Shown here piece after piece: positions 50,345-60,734 of a stretch of 64,000 bases of DNA. Under the pieces are notes generated by a model. The model saw only the letters and a list, made by a program, of their open reading frames with translations, did not search any database and was not told where the DNA came from. Numbering within the stretch: position 1 is the first letter of the stretch; each line of letters begins with the position of its first letter. This stretch comes from a virus, in the IMG/VR virus record IMGVR_UViG_3300020048_000068, positions 1 to 64,000 of that record; one strand, 5' to 3'. Position numbers and translations under genes: made by a program.

Positions 50345-53191
50345 TTATGACTTAATTGAGTTATATTTCTTCATCCAACTTCTTTGATAAGAAGAAGGTA
50401 ACATTCCATTATTTGCTGCTAATGCCTTTTGACTAATTTTACCATAAATATTACCAGTATACCATTCAAGAGGTACTTTTGATACATCTCCGCCTGCTCG
50501 TTTGAGTATATCTTGTAGATATTTACGTGCAACTGCATCTTGTATTTCTGGTGGTGCTAATCCTGCTTTACTATATTCAGTACCAATACCAAATCGTTTA
50601 CTTAATGTTTTCCATGTTCCTTTTGTAAATTGATAAGCACCACTTGCTGAAGATGCACCTGCTTTATTATCTACATTATATCTACCACTAGACTCTTTAC
50701 CTCTAATAGTTGCTAATGCCCTTTCAACATCTTTACTACCTTTGGCTAATACCGCACTACTAAATTTTTGTTCATTATCATATAATTGTTTTATTTTAGC
50801 ATTAGTACCACCTAATTCATTAACAAATCCAGTATTTAAATCTGGTTCTGGTGTAGTAGTTTGGTTAGCAAAAGTAATTGGTTCACGTTTAATTGATGAA
50901 AGCATATCTAATAAAGGATTAGATTTACCACCTACTTCACCACCTAATGCAAAATAAGAAGGTTGTTTTTTAGTACCTCCACTCATAATACTATTATAAT
51001 TATTAAGATTAAAATCACCTAATGTAGATGTAGAACCAAGATTAGTTCCCCAATTACTAGTATTAGCACCTACAGTATTATTTATTGGTCCAAATTTACC
51101 ATTTGTAAAACCAAATTTACCTTCACCTTGTATCATAAGCATATTATTCATCAATTCTGTTTGTCTATCTTGTAAGTTAGATTCACTAATTGACTTTCCT
51201 ATACCACCAATACTACCTATTAATTCATTACTTGCAGCATTACTTGCACCAGCATTTGATCTTGCTAATGCTGTATCATATTCAAATTTAGCTTTCTCTC
51301 CACCTGCTAAAGCTACATCTCTTGCATTTAACATAGTTGCTTCTTGACCAGCAAGTTGAGTTTGTGCTCCAAGTACTTCACTATTTAACTTAGTCATAGT
51401 ATCACCATAAACTTGATTTACATCATTAGCTGATTTACTTCTAAGTGCTCTTCTAAGATTAATAGAACCACCCATATTATCTATACCAGCAGCACTATCT
51501 TGTTTACCTTGTTGTAACTGACTGTTAATAATATTCTGTGCATAAGTACCTTGTGTTTTTAAATCTTCACTTGCACCTCTAAGTTTCTCTAATCCAGCAG
51601 TACCATAATTCTTATTAAAATTAGGCATTGGTTGTGATGTACTTGCAATTGATTTTTCAACATTACTTTTATTCATAAATGAACCAAGTATATTCATACC
51701 TGTATTTATATAATCACCAGTACCCCAAGCAGCTTTAGGTACTTCATTAGAATCAACATTAGAGTTAAGATTACCTCTACCTTCAATTGCATTTCTAACC
51801 ATAGTCTGTAAAGCAACATCAGCCTGTTCTTCCTGATCTAACTTCTGACCAGTTCTTGCTATTGTATTAATCTGAAAAGGATCTCTTTGTCTCTTACCAA
51901 GTCTTGCAAGAGTATTCTCTCTAATTCTCTTTCTATCAGCTAAAGATGAGAACTTGCCTTTATTATCTTTAATACCAATTCTATCAGAAAAGATAAGTGA
52001 ACCATTTGGTACATTCAAATTTACACCACCATTAGCGTGTGTAGCACCATTAATATTACCTACTTGACCTTGAGGTGTTTGAAGAATTTCGCCCCCCTCA
52101 GCATTTATAGTAGAATTAGTTTGTCCTCCAAATGCGTATTTCTTTCTCATATTTGGTAAAATAAGGTTACTACCTTTTTCATAAGTGTTAAAGTATTCTT
52201 GTAACTTATTTGTAGGTGTGTTTTTTAAATTATATTCTGTTGGTATAAATGACCAAGCACCAGATTCATCTTCTTTTTCATTTTTCCATTGTCCACCAGT
52301 ATGTTCAGGTGTACTATAAATAGAACCATTTGAAAATGTAATATGATTAGGTTTTTTAAATTCATCATTAAGATGTAATTCAGGAGTTATTATTTCAGGT
52401 AAATCTACACCTTTATGTTTTTTATAATAACCTTGTAAATCATAATCTCTTGTTAAATTTTCTATTTTAAAATTTTTACTTTTAGCATATTTTTGAGCAA
52501 AAGTATTATAACCTATTAATTCTTCAGGAGTAAGTTCAGTATCATAAGTATTTACTTTACCACCTAACGCCATATAATTATTTTTATTTGTATTTGTATC
52601 ATTAAATGTAGTTAAATTTAATAAATCAACAATAGATTCACTATCAAATAATTCTTGTAAGTCATTAATGTTATTACTATTACCTTTATAAGTTTTCATG
52701 AACTTATCTACATGTTTTGGTGTAATAACTTCTTTCGGATTAACTTTCATTTCACGTCTTAAATTCATTAATCTTGGTATAACTTCATCAGAATTACTAT
52801 AATAATCATATTTTTCATTATAATCACCAGTTAATTTATTTTTAGGTTTTATTAATTGGTTAACAACATCTTTATTAGTAGTTCTTGTATATAAGTCTTG
52901 AGCTAATATTCTATGAGTATCTTCATGTAAAGCAGTATCTTTATCAGCATTTTTATTTAATAAAATAGTATTATTTTCATATCTACCTTGTACATTTTTA
53001 TCTACTTCATCTACTCTATTAACAGTATAAGGTTGAGAAATTCTATTTAATAAATCTTTTCTATCTAAATTAAGAGCTTCATTAATATGAGGATCAGATA
53101 TTTTTCTATTTTTAAACCAATTTTTTAGAAATTTATCTTCTTCTACTAATCCACCAGTAGCATATTTTCTTATATTTTTCTTATTTCTCAT
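50345..53191 (-). CDS. multidomain virion cargo protein (zincin-like N-terminus, lysozyme/transglycosylase-like C-terminus)
   Basis: HEDTH; EGGE..G.TH.NGG; C-terminal ESSGRY..SASGAYQF..GTW..APP..QD. Confidence 0.75.
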   Translation of the reverse strand: MRNKKNIRKYATGGLVEEDKFLKNWFKNRKISDPHINEALNLDRKDLLNRISQPYTVNRVDEVDKNVQGRYENNTILLNKNADKDTALHEDTHRILAQDLYTRTTNKDVVNQLIKPKNKLTGDYNEKYDYYSNSDEVIPRLMNLRREMKVNPKEVITPKHVDKFMKTYKGNSNNINDLQELFDSESIVDLLNLTTFNDTNTNKNNYMALGGKVNTYDTELTPEELIGYNTFAQKYAKSKNFKIENLTRDYDLQGYYKKHKGVDLPEIITPELHLNDEFKKPNHITFSNGSIYSTPEHTGGQWKNEKEDESGAWSFIPTEYNLKNTPTNKLQEYFNTYEKGSNLILPNMRKKYAFGGQTNSTINAEGGEILQTPQGQVGNINGATHANGGVNLNVPNGSLIFSDRIGIKDNKGKFSSLADRKRIRENTLARLGKRQRDPFQINTIARTGQKLDQEEQADVALQTMVRNAIEGRGNLNSNVDSNEVPKAAWGTGDYINTGMNILGSFMNKSNVEKSIASTSQPMPNFNKNYGTAGLEKLRGASEDLKTQGTYAQNIINSQLQQGKQDSAAGIDNMGGSINLRRALRSKSANDVNQVYGDTMTKLNSEVLGAQTQLAGQEATMLNARDVALAGGEKAKFEYDTALARSNAGASNAASNELIGSIGGIGKSISESNLQDRQTELMNNMLMIQGEGKFGFTNGKFGPINNTVGANTSNWGTNLGSTSTLGDFNLNNYNSIMSGGTKKQPSYFALGGEVGGKSNPLLDMLSSIKREPITFANQTTTPEPDLNTGFVNELGGTNAKIKQLYDNEQKFSSAVLAKGSKDVERALATIRGKESSGRYNVDNKAGASSASGAYQFTKGTWKTLSKRFGIGTEYSKAGLAPPEIQDAVARKYLQDILKRAGGDVSKVPLEWYTGNIYGKISQKALAANNGMLPSSYQRSWMKKYNSIKS

Positions 53192-53209
53192 AATAATATT
53201 TTAATTAAC

Positions 53210-53234
53210 GAAAGTCACCTTTTGAGTGACTTTC
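53210..53234. terminator. intergenic hairpin
   Basis: GAAAGTCAC-cttttga-GTGACTTTC; no strong U-tract. Confidence 0.4.
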
Positions 53235-53247
53235 ATATATTGATTGA

Positions 53248-53283
53248 TTAACAGCCTTTGCCGCCCTTCTTTTTCTTAGCCAT
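53248..53283 (-). CDS. putative 11-aa basic microprotein MAKKKKGGKGC
   Basis: ATG..TAA, GC-richer than its AT-rich spacer, A/T-rich leader, followed by a hairpin. Confidence 0.45.
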   Translation of the reverse strand: MAKKKKGGKGC

Positions 53284-53320
53284 GGTATATATAATTAAGT
53301 GTTAATAAGATATTATTTAT

Positions 53321-53938
53321 TTATCGTGGTGAAGTTGTCATTTTAATATTTACTATTCTAGTAATAAGTTGTTTAGTATAATCATGAGTATCTATCAATC
53401 TTACAATGAGATATTTATCTCTAAACATTTCTAATTCATACCAATCTTTATCTGAACTAACCGTTTCAGTATTTACTACTTTATCAATTGGAAAATTATT
53501 CTTAATCTTACTCCATTCTTTACTGAATAAAGTTTTATTATTGGTTATTACATAATTTCTAAAACCAGTAATTACCCAATTACCTTCTTTTTTAACTGCT
53601 GTAACACCACTTAATAAACCTTGTAATTGTTGATCAAAAAAATCACCAGTAGAATCAGGACAACTAATTATTTTTATAAATAAATCTCCAGAACATTGTC
53701 TTCTATTGTATATAATTGCTCTATCAAAAAATCCATATTGATTATCATAATATTCATTTTCTACACTATCAAACTTTTTTGATTCTATATCTAATTTAAT
53801 AGCAGTTTGAACCTTAGTTTCATCAAAATCTTTATTAAATACCATTTCAATTATATGTGGATAAGTAACAAGGTCTCCACTACCATCTTGAAATCTACAA
53901 TAATCACCCTCTGTATTGTGTTTATATAACTTAGGCAT
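53321..53938 (-). CDS. tail stabilization/muzzle protein, C-terminal part
   Basis: LYKHN...P.IIE.VFN, KEGNW, FRDKYLIVRL resemble the C-terminus of crAss-like stabilization proteins. Confidence 0.55.
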   Translation of the reverse strand: MPKLYKHNTEGDYCRFQDGSGDLVTYPHIIEMVFNKDFDETKVQTAIKLDIESKKFDSVENEYYDNQYGFFDRAIIYNRRQCSGDLFIKIISCPDSTGDFFDQQLQGLLSGVTAVKKEGNWVITGFRNYVITNNKTLFSKEWSKIKNNFPIDKVVNTETVSSDKDWYELEMFRDKYLIVRLIDTHDYTKQLITRIVNIKMTTSPR

Positions 53939-54753
53939 TAAACGTATCCTTTAAATTGAATAAATGCTAAAGCATAATATGGAGGAAGATTAGCGTTAGT
54001 TCCTGATACACCTGTTGCTGTATTTGTGGTTGTTGTACTTACAGATGTACTTACACTTACTGATGCACTTGTGAAACCTACATATAAATCAGTACCTTCA
54101 GGGTTAGTTGTAGATGCACCAGTCTGAACACCTCTATGACCAAACCACTTTTGAGCATCAGATGAAGCTGTCGATCCAGCCGAGGATGATGAACTTGCTG
54201 TATGATTATGTGAAACAACAATTGCATCTTTACTTCCACCAATACTACCACTAGTATAAGTAGTACCAGTACCAATTACAAATCTATCTCTTAAATCAAC
54301 CGTTCCATTAGTACCATTACAAAGATACCAACCAAGAGGAATATTATTAATTAATCCACCCCACATAATAATAGCATTGATAGGCATAAGTCTTCTATCA
54401 TTACCACCTACAACATCAGTTGATGTTATACCAATATTTGTTTTAGTAAGAAATATACTATTTGGATCATCTGTTAATCCTAGTGTATTTATTGTTTGAC
54501 GTTGTTCTTGTTGTGATTCTTGAGCAACAAAAGTATATCCTACAGAACTAATAACAAGTCCATCAGGAAGTAATACATTACCGGGATCACCTTTATTTCC
54601 TTTATCACCTTTAAATGAAGATGCTTTAATTGCGCCAATTAATCCCTGATCATCACCAGTTGTATTAACAAGCATTGTAGATTCAGAAGATAAGTCTTCA
54701 TAAAGAACTTCATCCCAATCACCTAATGCACCATATAATTTTTTCTCAGCCAT
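53938..54753 (-). CDS. tail fibre protein with tail-collar domain
   Basis: IIMWGG..IP.GWYLCNG.NGT.DLRDRFVIG; NLPPYYALAFI; short G-x-y collagen run. Confidence 0.8.
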   Translation of the reverse strand: MAEKKLYGALGDWDEVLYEDLSSESTMLVNTTGDDQGLIGAIKASSFKGDKGNKGDPGNVLLPDGLVISSVGYTFVAQESQQEQRQTINTLGLTDDPNSIFLTKTNIGITSTDVVGGNDRRLMPINAIIMWGGLINNIPLGWYLCNGTNGTVDLRDRFVIGTGTTYTSGSIGGSKDAIVVSHNHTASSSSSAGSTASSDAQKWFGHRGVQTGASTTNPEGTDLYVGFTSASVSVSTSVSTTTTNTATGVSGTNANLPPYYALAFIQFKGYV

Positions 54754-55648
54754 AGGTATATTTATAATAAGTTATAATTTCGTTATTACTACCTGTTATG
54801 TAGTTATTTGATTCGTCTCTAATTGTATATTCTATACTTAATTCATCATTTATTAAAGAATATAACGCTGTATTTGTAGTTAAATAATAATCTGGTATAT
54901 ATGAGTGAAATGAAACCCAGTTGTTTGTATCTAATGAATAACTAAGTGTCCATGAATGATTAACAAATGCCTCTTTATCTGTAAAATCTAATTCATCAGC
55001 TATTACTACGTATTCTTCGATTTTAAAATCAGATAAAGTCAATAATCCACTAGCAAAAAAACTTATCTTTTTATTATCTTTTAACTCTAAATATTCAACA
55101 TAAGTACCTGAAGAATTAATTGTGATTCCTTTATTAGAACCTAACATTACATATAAATTAAACAAACGGTCACTTGTTACAGTATACTGAATTTTATAAT
55201 ATTTACCAATAATTGCTTCATTAAATGAGTAATCTAAGTTTGTTTCTATACCTATTAAATGTTCAGTACTAATATTTAAACTAACAGTATAATGAAAGAT
55301 ATCTATATATTCATCAAAATTTATAGGAGTTGAATGCGGTATAGATTCTGCATAAGTATTATTATATTTTGTTGGTTTAACATCACCGGAATATATATTG
55401 AACAATACATACTTTAAATCATTAATTTCATCAGTAATTGTTATGTCTGTATAATAATTTGTACCGTTAATTATGTATTGAAATCTACCAATAACTTCAG
55501 TTTCAGTAATAGGAAATACTTTTTCAAAATCTAAATAAACTTTTACCTGTATAAAATAATGTTTAGTCCAAGAATCAAATTTATAATCACCTGATACTTT
55601 TAATAATTCGGGTGTATTTTTATCTGCTAAATAATAATTAATGATCAT
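54746..55648 (-). CDS. tail-associated protein containing a stabilization-protein segment
   Basis: SWTLSYS...WVSFHSYIPD motif. Confidence 0.55.
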   Translation of the reverse strand: MIINYYLADKNTPELLKVSGDYKFDSWTKHYFIQVKVYLDFEKVFPITETEVIGRFQYIINGTNYYTDITITDEINDLKYVLFNIYSGDVKPTKYNNTYAESIPHSTPINFDEYIDIFHYTVSLNISTEHLIGIETNLDYSFNEAIIGKYYKIQYTVTSDRLFNLYVMLGSNKGITINSSGTYVEYLELKDNKKISFFASGLLTLSDFKIEEYVVIADELDFTDKEAFVNHSWTLSYSLDTNNWVSFHSYIPDYYLTTNTALYSLINDELSIEYTIRDESNNYITGSNNEIITYYKYTYG

Positions 55649-55649
55649 A

Positions 55650-58600
55650 TTAATCTAAGTAATATTCAAATTCATAATTTATCTCTTTTATATAAGTATT
55701 ATTATCCGAAGGATTTATCCAGTCGCATTCAACGGTTATAGTTAATACTGTTTTTCCTGCTTCAAAAGTTAAATGCCTAACATCTTCTTCATTAATATTA
55801 ATATCCCATAATGTAGTCTTATCAAATATAAACTGTTGATTATCTGTATATTTAATAATAAATCTATGGGGAACTGTTATTCTATCTCTTACTAATAACG
55901 TTCCAGAAGCAGCTATAGGAAAATTTATAATTTCATGATATATAGGTGTTGGATTAGTAGTTATTATACCAGATTCAAAAGGAAAAGATTCTGTTGATCC
56001 AGTTACATCTTTTACTATTACAGCAATAGTTTCTTCTTCATCTGTATAAATACTTTTATTAGTTTTAATTTTAAAATAATCTATACCTTCAAAATCTGTA
56101 GGAGGAATATATTTAAAATATCCAGTATCGTATTTTTCTATTATTGCACCTTCATCAGAGATAGTAGTTAGACCTACCAATAATGATGCAGCTCCAGTAC
56201 CTTGATAAAATTCTATTCTTATTGTATACTCTTTATTAGCTTCTAACATTTTAGTACCAATTCTAAAAGTAGCAGTTTGATCATACCAATTATTAACAAC
56301 TAATTCAGAAACAACAACTCCATCAATAAGAGTATCTACGTATAATCTAGAACCATCATCACTCTTTGTATAAAAAGTATAGTTCTTACTTTCTTTTGCG
56401 ATATAAGTAGTTTGAAAAAATCCATTTATATAAGTACTATTTAGATTAGGAGGTCTATTAATTAATAAATTATTCCAACCTATATCAAAGGTATTTGTTT
56501 CAATATAATAAGGACTATTATAATCGATGGTTTTATAAGTTAAAATATTCTTATTAAACCATTTTCCAACAATATTTTTTTCAAAAACAGTTGTTGTACT
56601 GATATCAACATTAAAAATAGTTATATCTTTGTTTTCAATAAAATCATCAAATGATACTTCTTTAATTACTTTGTATTCTGCTCGATCAACGATATTAAAA
56701 ATATTATCTTTAATGTAAATATCCTTACTTTTGTAATCTGTTTTTGTATAATCAAATTCACCAACATAATCAACTGTATTGGTAAATTCATAATCTTTCT
56801 TAGTAATAATAATTCTATTTAATTTCGGATCATATCCAGATAATACTCCACAACCTATAGATGGATTATTAATTCTCCATTTGTATTCTGAAAGATTATA
56901 TAATTGAGCTTTAATATTCAAAGGAAGATTATTTAAAAACCAATTTCTCATACCTTTTTCTGAGATTTCTTTTATTTCAGACCCATTAAAAATATAAATT
57001 TTACTTAACTGCTGATTAATAAATAATATTCCACTTTTTACAAGTATAGTAGCAAAATCTGTTTGACTACCATAATTAATAATACCTTCTTCTATTTTTC
57101 TAGGAGCAATAGATAAAAATTCACCTGTTCCAATGTATGATACTAACTCAGTAGTAAGTTTTTCTTGAATATTTTGTGGTACAAACCATAAACTATTAGC
57201 TGTATGTATATAAATAGAATTTTTTAATCTAAAAAGTCCAGTCATAATACCATGTTCGCCTTCAAAATCTTTATAATTATTTGGTAAGAAAACTCTATAA
57301 TTATCTGTTTGTTCTTCTTGAAATGATTGTTGACTATAAAGTAATCTATTATTATACTTTTCTGAGAAATCTCCGTTAATTCCTAAACCATCATATGTAC
57401 TTGGTAAGTGAATAAATACTTTTTCTTCATTAGATTTATGATAATCAGGATTAACATCATACCATTCTGTATTTGCAAACCCTCTATAAATTCTACCATC
57501 CCCTCTAACTGGATCTAAAAGAGTAAGTTTTTCAGTTAAATAAGCCCTGAATTCATTTATATCATATCCTGATTTACTAAAAGAATTAATAAAATCAATA
57601 CCAATAGTATTTAAACTAGAACGTAATCCCATATTAACAGAAGACTCCATTACTAAATCAGTCAATCTATCAGCAAACCATACAATACAATCATCTGAAT
57701 TTTTAGTTCCTGATGTAAGATTACATTTATCGCTATCTGTCATATCAGAATCTCTAATACCTAATTCTAAACCTTTAGGATAATCTTCTGCAATCATCTT
57801 TTTTAATGCTTCTAATTCTAAATAAGAACTATACATAGAAGCTCCTGCTGATATTGCCATAGCACCCAAGGTTGATACTGTAGCCATAGCAGCAATACTA
57901 CCTAATGTACCTGCTGTACCAAGAGCACCAAATACACCTAAAGCAGCACCAGCAGTAAAAATAGTTGCTACAATACCCACAACTAATAATCCTATACCCA
58001 ATATACCAGATGATTTCTTTTCTTTCTTAGCTCTATTTGCCATTACCATACCAAAATAGGTAGATGCTACTGGTGAACAAGCATTTACATATACATCACC
58101 ATTAAATATTTCTATACTATTACCAACTTCATTAGAGTTAAAATAAATAACATTATTATGCTCCTTATAGTAATCTCTATCTATAAAATTAGTATAAGCA
58201 GATTCATTATTTGAAATAAGAGAACCATAAAATAATCTAGTACCTCCATTAAAAAGAGAAGTATTTATTTCATGACCTGCACTAAATTTTATAATACCTA
58301 TCTTGTTATCTTGACACGCATTATAAAAAGTATTACCGTTATAGAATTTACTATTAGCACCACCTACATACAATATATTTTCTATAGTTGATGTATCATC
58401 AGTATCATATGACCATGTAATATTTGCTACCTTATTATCATAAGTAAGATTGGAATTTCTATATCCAACTAAAAGATTAAATCCATCTCCATCAACAGTC
58501 GAATCTGTATCTGGATTATAAGAAGTACCTTCCATAATATCACTTATGACTACTCCATAATTATTAACGTCATATTCACCTCCTGTATTAGGAGGTTCAC

Positions 58601-60731
58601 CTGCATTTTTAGATGTGGTTATTGTAGTATCATAATAACCATCTATTCGTATATGATCAAAGTTTAAATTTTCACCTGTAAATTGAAATTCGGGTGAAAA
58701 GAAATAAATAGATTCAGTATCTAAAGTTGCTTTATTAACCCATTTATTAAATATCCTATAATCTATAGAACCAGTATCGTACTTAGTTAAAGGTCCAAAT
58801 AAAGCATTATCAATTATTGTTTTATCGCTATCTAATCGTTTGTTTCTAGTAATAAAATAACCAACAATATCAGGATGAGGTAATTCTATATTATCAAATT
58901 TAATACCAAAAATATTAGTGTAATAAGCAGGATTTAATATTTCTTCTATAATAGGTGTATATATAAAATTAATATTAAATAAGTCAATATATGTTATTAT
59001 TTCACCACTTATTACACCTCTATCACCACTATCTAATACTTGTAATTCAATATCACTTTTATAAACTTGATCTATAAAAGTTTCAACTTCAATATTAGAA
59101 GTTAAAAAAGTACTAAATTCATTATAACTAGAAGAATTTACTTTTTTACAAGCAATACTGCAACCAATAATTATTGGTTCACCTGTAATTTTATTTACAG
59201 GATAACTTTTTCCTGATTTTAATGTGACCTTTATTTCTAACTTATAACTATAGATAGTAACAGAAGATGCTTCTTTTTCATATAAAGAAATATTTCTATC
59301 TTTTCTATTTGGAAATTTATGATGTCGTTTTGGAGAACCAGTTAAATAACTACCATAACTATCTTGACCCCAATAATTATTTCTATTAACGTAACTATGT
59401 ATTTCAGGATATTTAGACATAGGGGTTTCATAATAATCCATATTATCATTAAACCCATTAACTGTTTCTCTTAGTTCTCTTTTATTTCTACCGGGAATAT
59501 GATATGTAGGACTTATTGTACCATCGTTAAATACATAGTTAATACCAAAAGAATATACTTCTCCCGGCATATATCCGACAGAATCAAATGTAGATGTGGG
59601 ATCTTTTGGATTACCACTACCTTTAATGCTATTTAAATAAACTTTTTTTGTAGTAAGATGACTTCTGATTTTAGAAGCTTTTTCTTGAAATTCAACAAAA
59701 TTAATATTTTTAGTTCTATACTTACCAAGAATTAATCTGTTTTCAATTTGTTCAATATATTCTACATTATCAATATCTTGTTTATCAATAATAACAGATG
59801 ATAAAGGTATACTTGTTAAAGACTCATCATTACCATAATAGACATAATCACTCTGATTTGTAGAAAGAATTTCAGTTAAGAAAGCTTTATTAGTAACACC
59901 AGTCATACTATTGCATACAATAATTACCAGTCTGTAAAACAAATATGATGGATCTAAATTACCAACAGAAACCTTAATTGATTTATCGGTAGAAGCATAA
60001 GACATAAGTGCACTATCAATATTTCTACTTCCTCTAATATTAGAATATTCTCTATTTAAAGGATCATTATAAATATTAACAAAGTTAGAAGTAGTTACAA
60101 CATTTGTAGAATTTGTATCTTCATCAACATATATAATACCAAAAGAATAACTTCCTGCTTTTATATTACCAGAAGGTAAAACTTCTATACTATTAAAATC
60201 AGGTATTTGATTATAACTTTTTACAAGATTAAATTTTAAACTATTCCATTTTTCATTAGTAAAGTCACTTTCAGAATTACCTAAATCTAACCATTCTCTA
60301 AAACTAACAGAATAATAATTAATTAATCTATCTATATTAATTGATCTTGGTTTATTAATTCCATCAACAAAATAGATAACCCTTTCTTCATTTTTTCTTA
60401 ATCTAAATGTAGATCTAATTGGATATTTCTCAGAAAAATTTAAAACTCTTGTATTAAGAATTGTTTGATAATTTCCTTTTTCACTTAATATTCCAATTTC
60501 AGAAATACCATCAAATGCTGAAAATAATAATTCATCATTATTATTAAGATGTGTAGAACCTATAAGTATATATCCATCAGGTATTTGAGCAATAAATGAA
60601 TTAGACATTTCTTTAGTTAAGAAACCAAAATCACCAGTAATCGTTTGATTAACAGCATTTAAGGCATAACTATAAGTACCTTCAGGTTGAAGTATTGGTG
60701 AGTAATCTGTATTTAATCCTTTATTCTGCAT
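55650..60731 (-). CDS. tail stabilization/muzzle protein (P22 gp10-like) with PA14 domain
   Basis: GLNTD.SP, YALNA, IYFVDG.N.PR.IN, GYM.GEVYSFGI, FLPNNY, IGTG, IS.KGM.NWF; PA14 motif SDDGSRLYVD. Confidence 0.75.
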   Translation of the reverse strand: MQNKGLNTDYSPILQPEGTYSYALNAVNQTITGDFGFLTKEMSNSFIAQIPDGYILIGSTHLNNNDELLFSAFDGISEIGILSEKGNYQTILNTRVLNFSEKYPIRSTFRLRKNEERVIYFVDGINKPRSINIDRLINYYSVSFREWLDLGNSESDFTNEKWNSLKFNLVKSYNQIPDFNSIEVLPSGNIKAGSYSFGIIYVDEDTNSTNVVTTSNFVNIYNDPLNREYSNIRGSRNIDSALMSYASTDKSIKVSVGNLDPSYLFYRLVIIVCNSMTGVTNKAFLTEILSTNQSDYVYYGNDESLTSIPLSSVIIDKQDIDNVEYIEQIENRLILGKYRTKNINFVEFQEKASKIRSHLTTKKVYLNSIKGSGNPKDPTSTFDSVGYMPGEVYSFGINYVFNDGTISPTYHIPGRNKRELRETVNGFNDNMDYYETPMSKYPEIHSYVNRNNYWGQDSYGSYLTGSPKRHHKFPNRKDRNISLYEKEASSVTIYSYKLEIKVTLKSGKSYPVNKITGEPIIIGCSIACKKVNSSSYNEFSTFLTSNIEVETFIDQVYKSDIELQVLDSGDRGVISGEIITYIDLFNINFIYTPIIEEILNPAYYTNIFGIKFDNIELPHPDIVGYFITRNKRLDSDKTIIDNALFGPLTKYDTGSIDYRIFNKWVNKATLDTESIYFFSPEFQFTGENLNFDHIRIDGYYDTTITTSKNAGEPPNTGGEYDVNNYGVVISDIMEGTSYNPDTDSTVDGDGFNLLVGYRNSNLTYDNKVANITWSYDTDDTSTIENILYVGGANSKFYNGNTFYNACQDNKIGIIKFSAGHEINTSLFNGGTRLFYGSLISNNESAYTNFIDRDYYKEHNNVIYFNSNEVGNSIEIFNGDVYVNACSPVASTYFGMVMANRAKKEKKSSGILGIGLLVVGIVATIFTAGAALGVFGALGTAGTLGSIAAMATVSTLGAMAISAGASMYSSYLELEALKKMIAEDYPKGLELGIRDSDMTDSDKCNLTSGTKNSDDCIVWFADRLTDLVMESSVNMGLRSSLNTIGIDFINSFSKSGYDINEFRAYLTEKLTLLDPVRGDGRIYRGFANTEWYDVNPDYHKSNEEKVFIHLPSTYDGLGINGDFSEKYNNRLLYSQQSFQEEQTDNYRVFLPNNYKDFEGEHGIMTGLFRLKNSIYIHTANSLWFVPQNIQEKLTTELVSYIGTGEFLSIAPRKIEEGIINYGSQTDFATILVKSGILFINQQLSKIYIFNGSEIKEISEKGMRNWFLNNLPLNIKAQLYNLSEYKWRINNPSIGCGVLSGYDPKLNRIIITKKDYEFTNTVDYVGEFDYTKTDYKSKDIYIKDNIFNIVDRAEYKVIKEVSFDDFIENKDITIFNVDISTTTVFEKNIVGKWFNKNILTYKTIDYNSPYYIETNTFDIGWNNLLINRPPNLNSTYINGFFQTTYIAKESKNYTFYTKSDDGSRLYVDTLIDGVVVSELVVNNWYDQTATFRIGTKMLEANKEYTIRIEFYQGTGAASLLVGLTTISDEGAIIEKYDTGYFKYIPPTDFEGIDYFKIKTNKSIYTDEEETIAVIVKDVTGSTESFPFESGIITTNPTPIYHEIINFPIAASGTLLVRDRITVPHRFIIKYTDNQQFIFDKTTLWDININEEDVRHLTFEAGKTVLTITVECDWINPSDNNTYIKEINYEFEYYLD

Positions 60732-60734
60732 GTA

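Noticed and set aside
30825-50957. Numerous + strand ORFs antisense to the giant virion genes (e.g. 47313-47900, 38370-38666)
   Set aside because: Shadow ORFs arising from codon bias of the real - strand genes.
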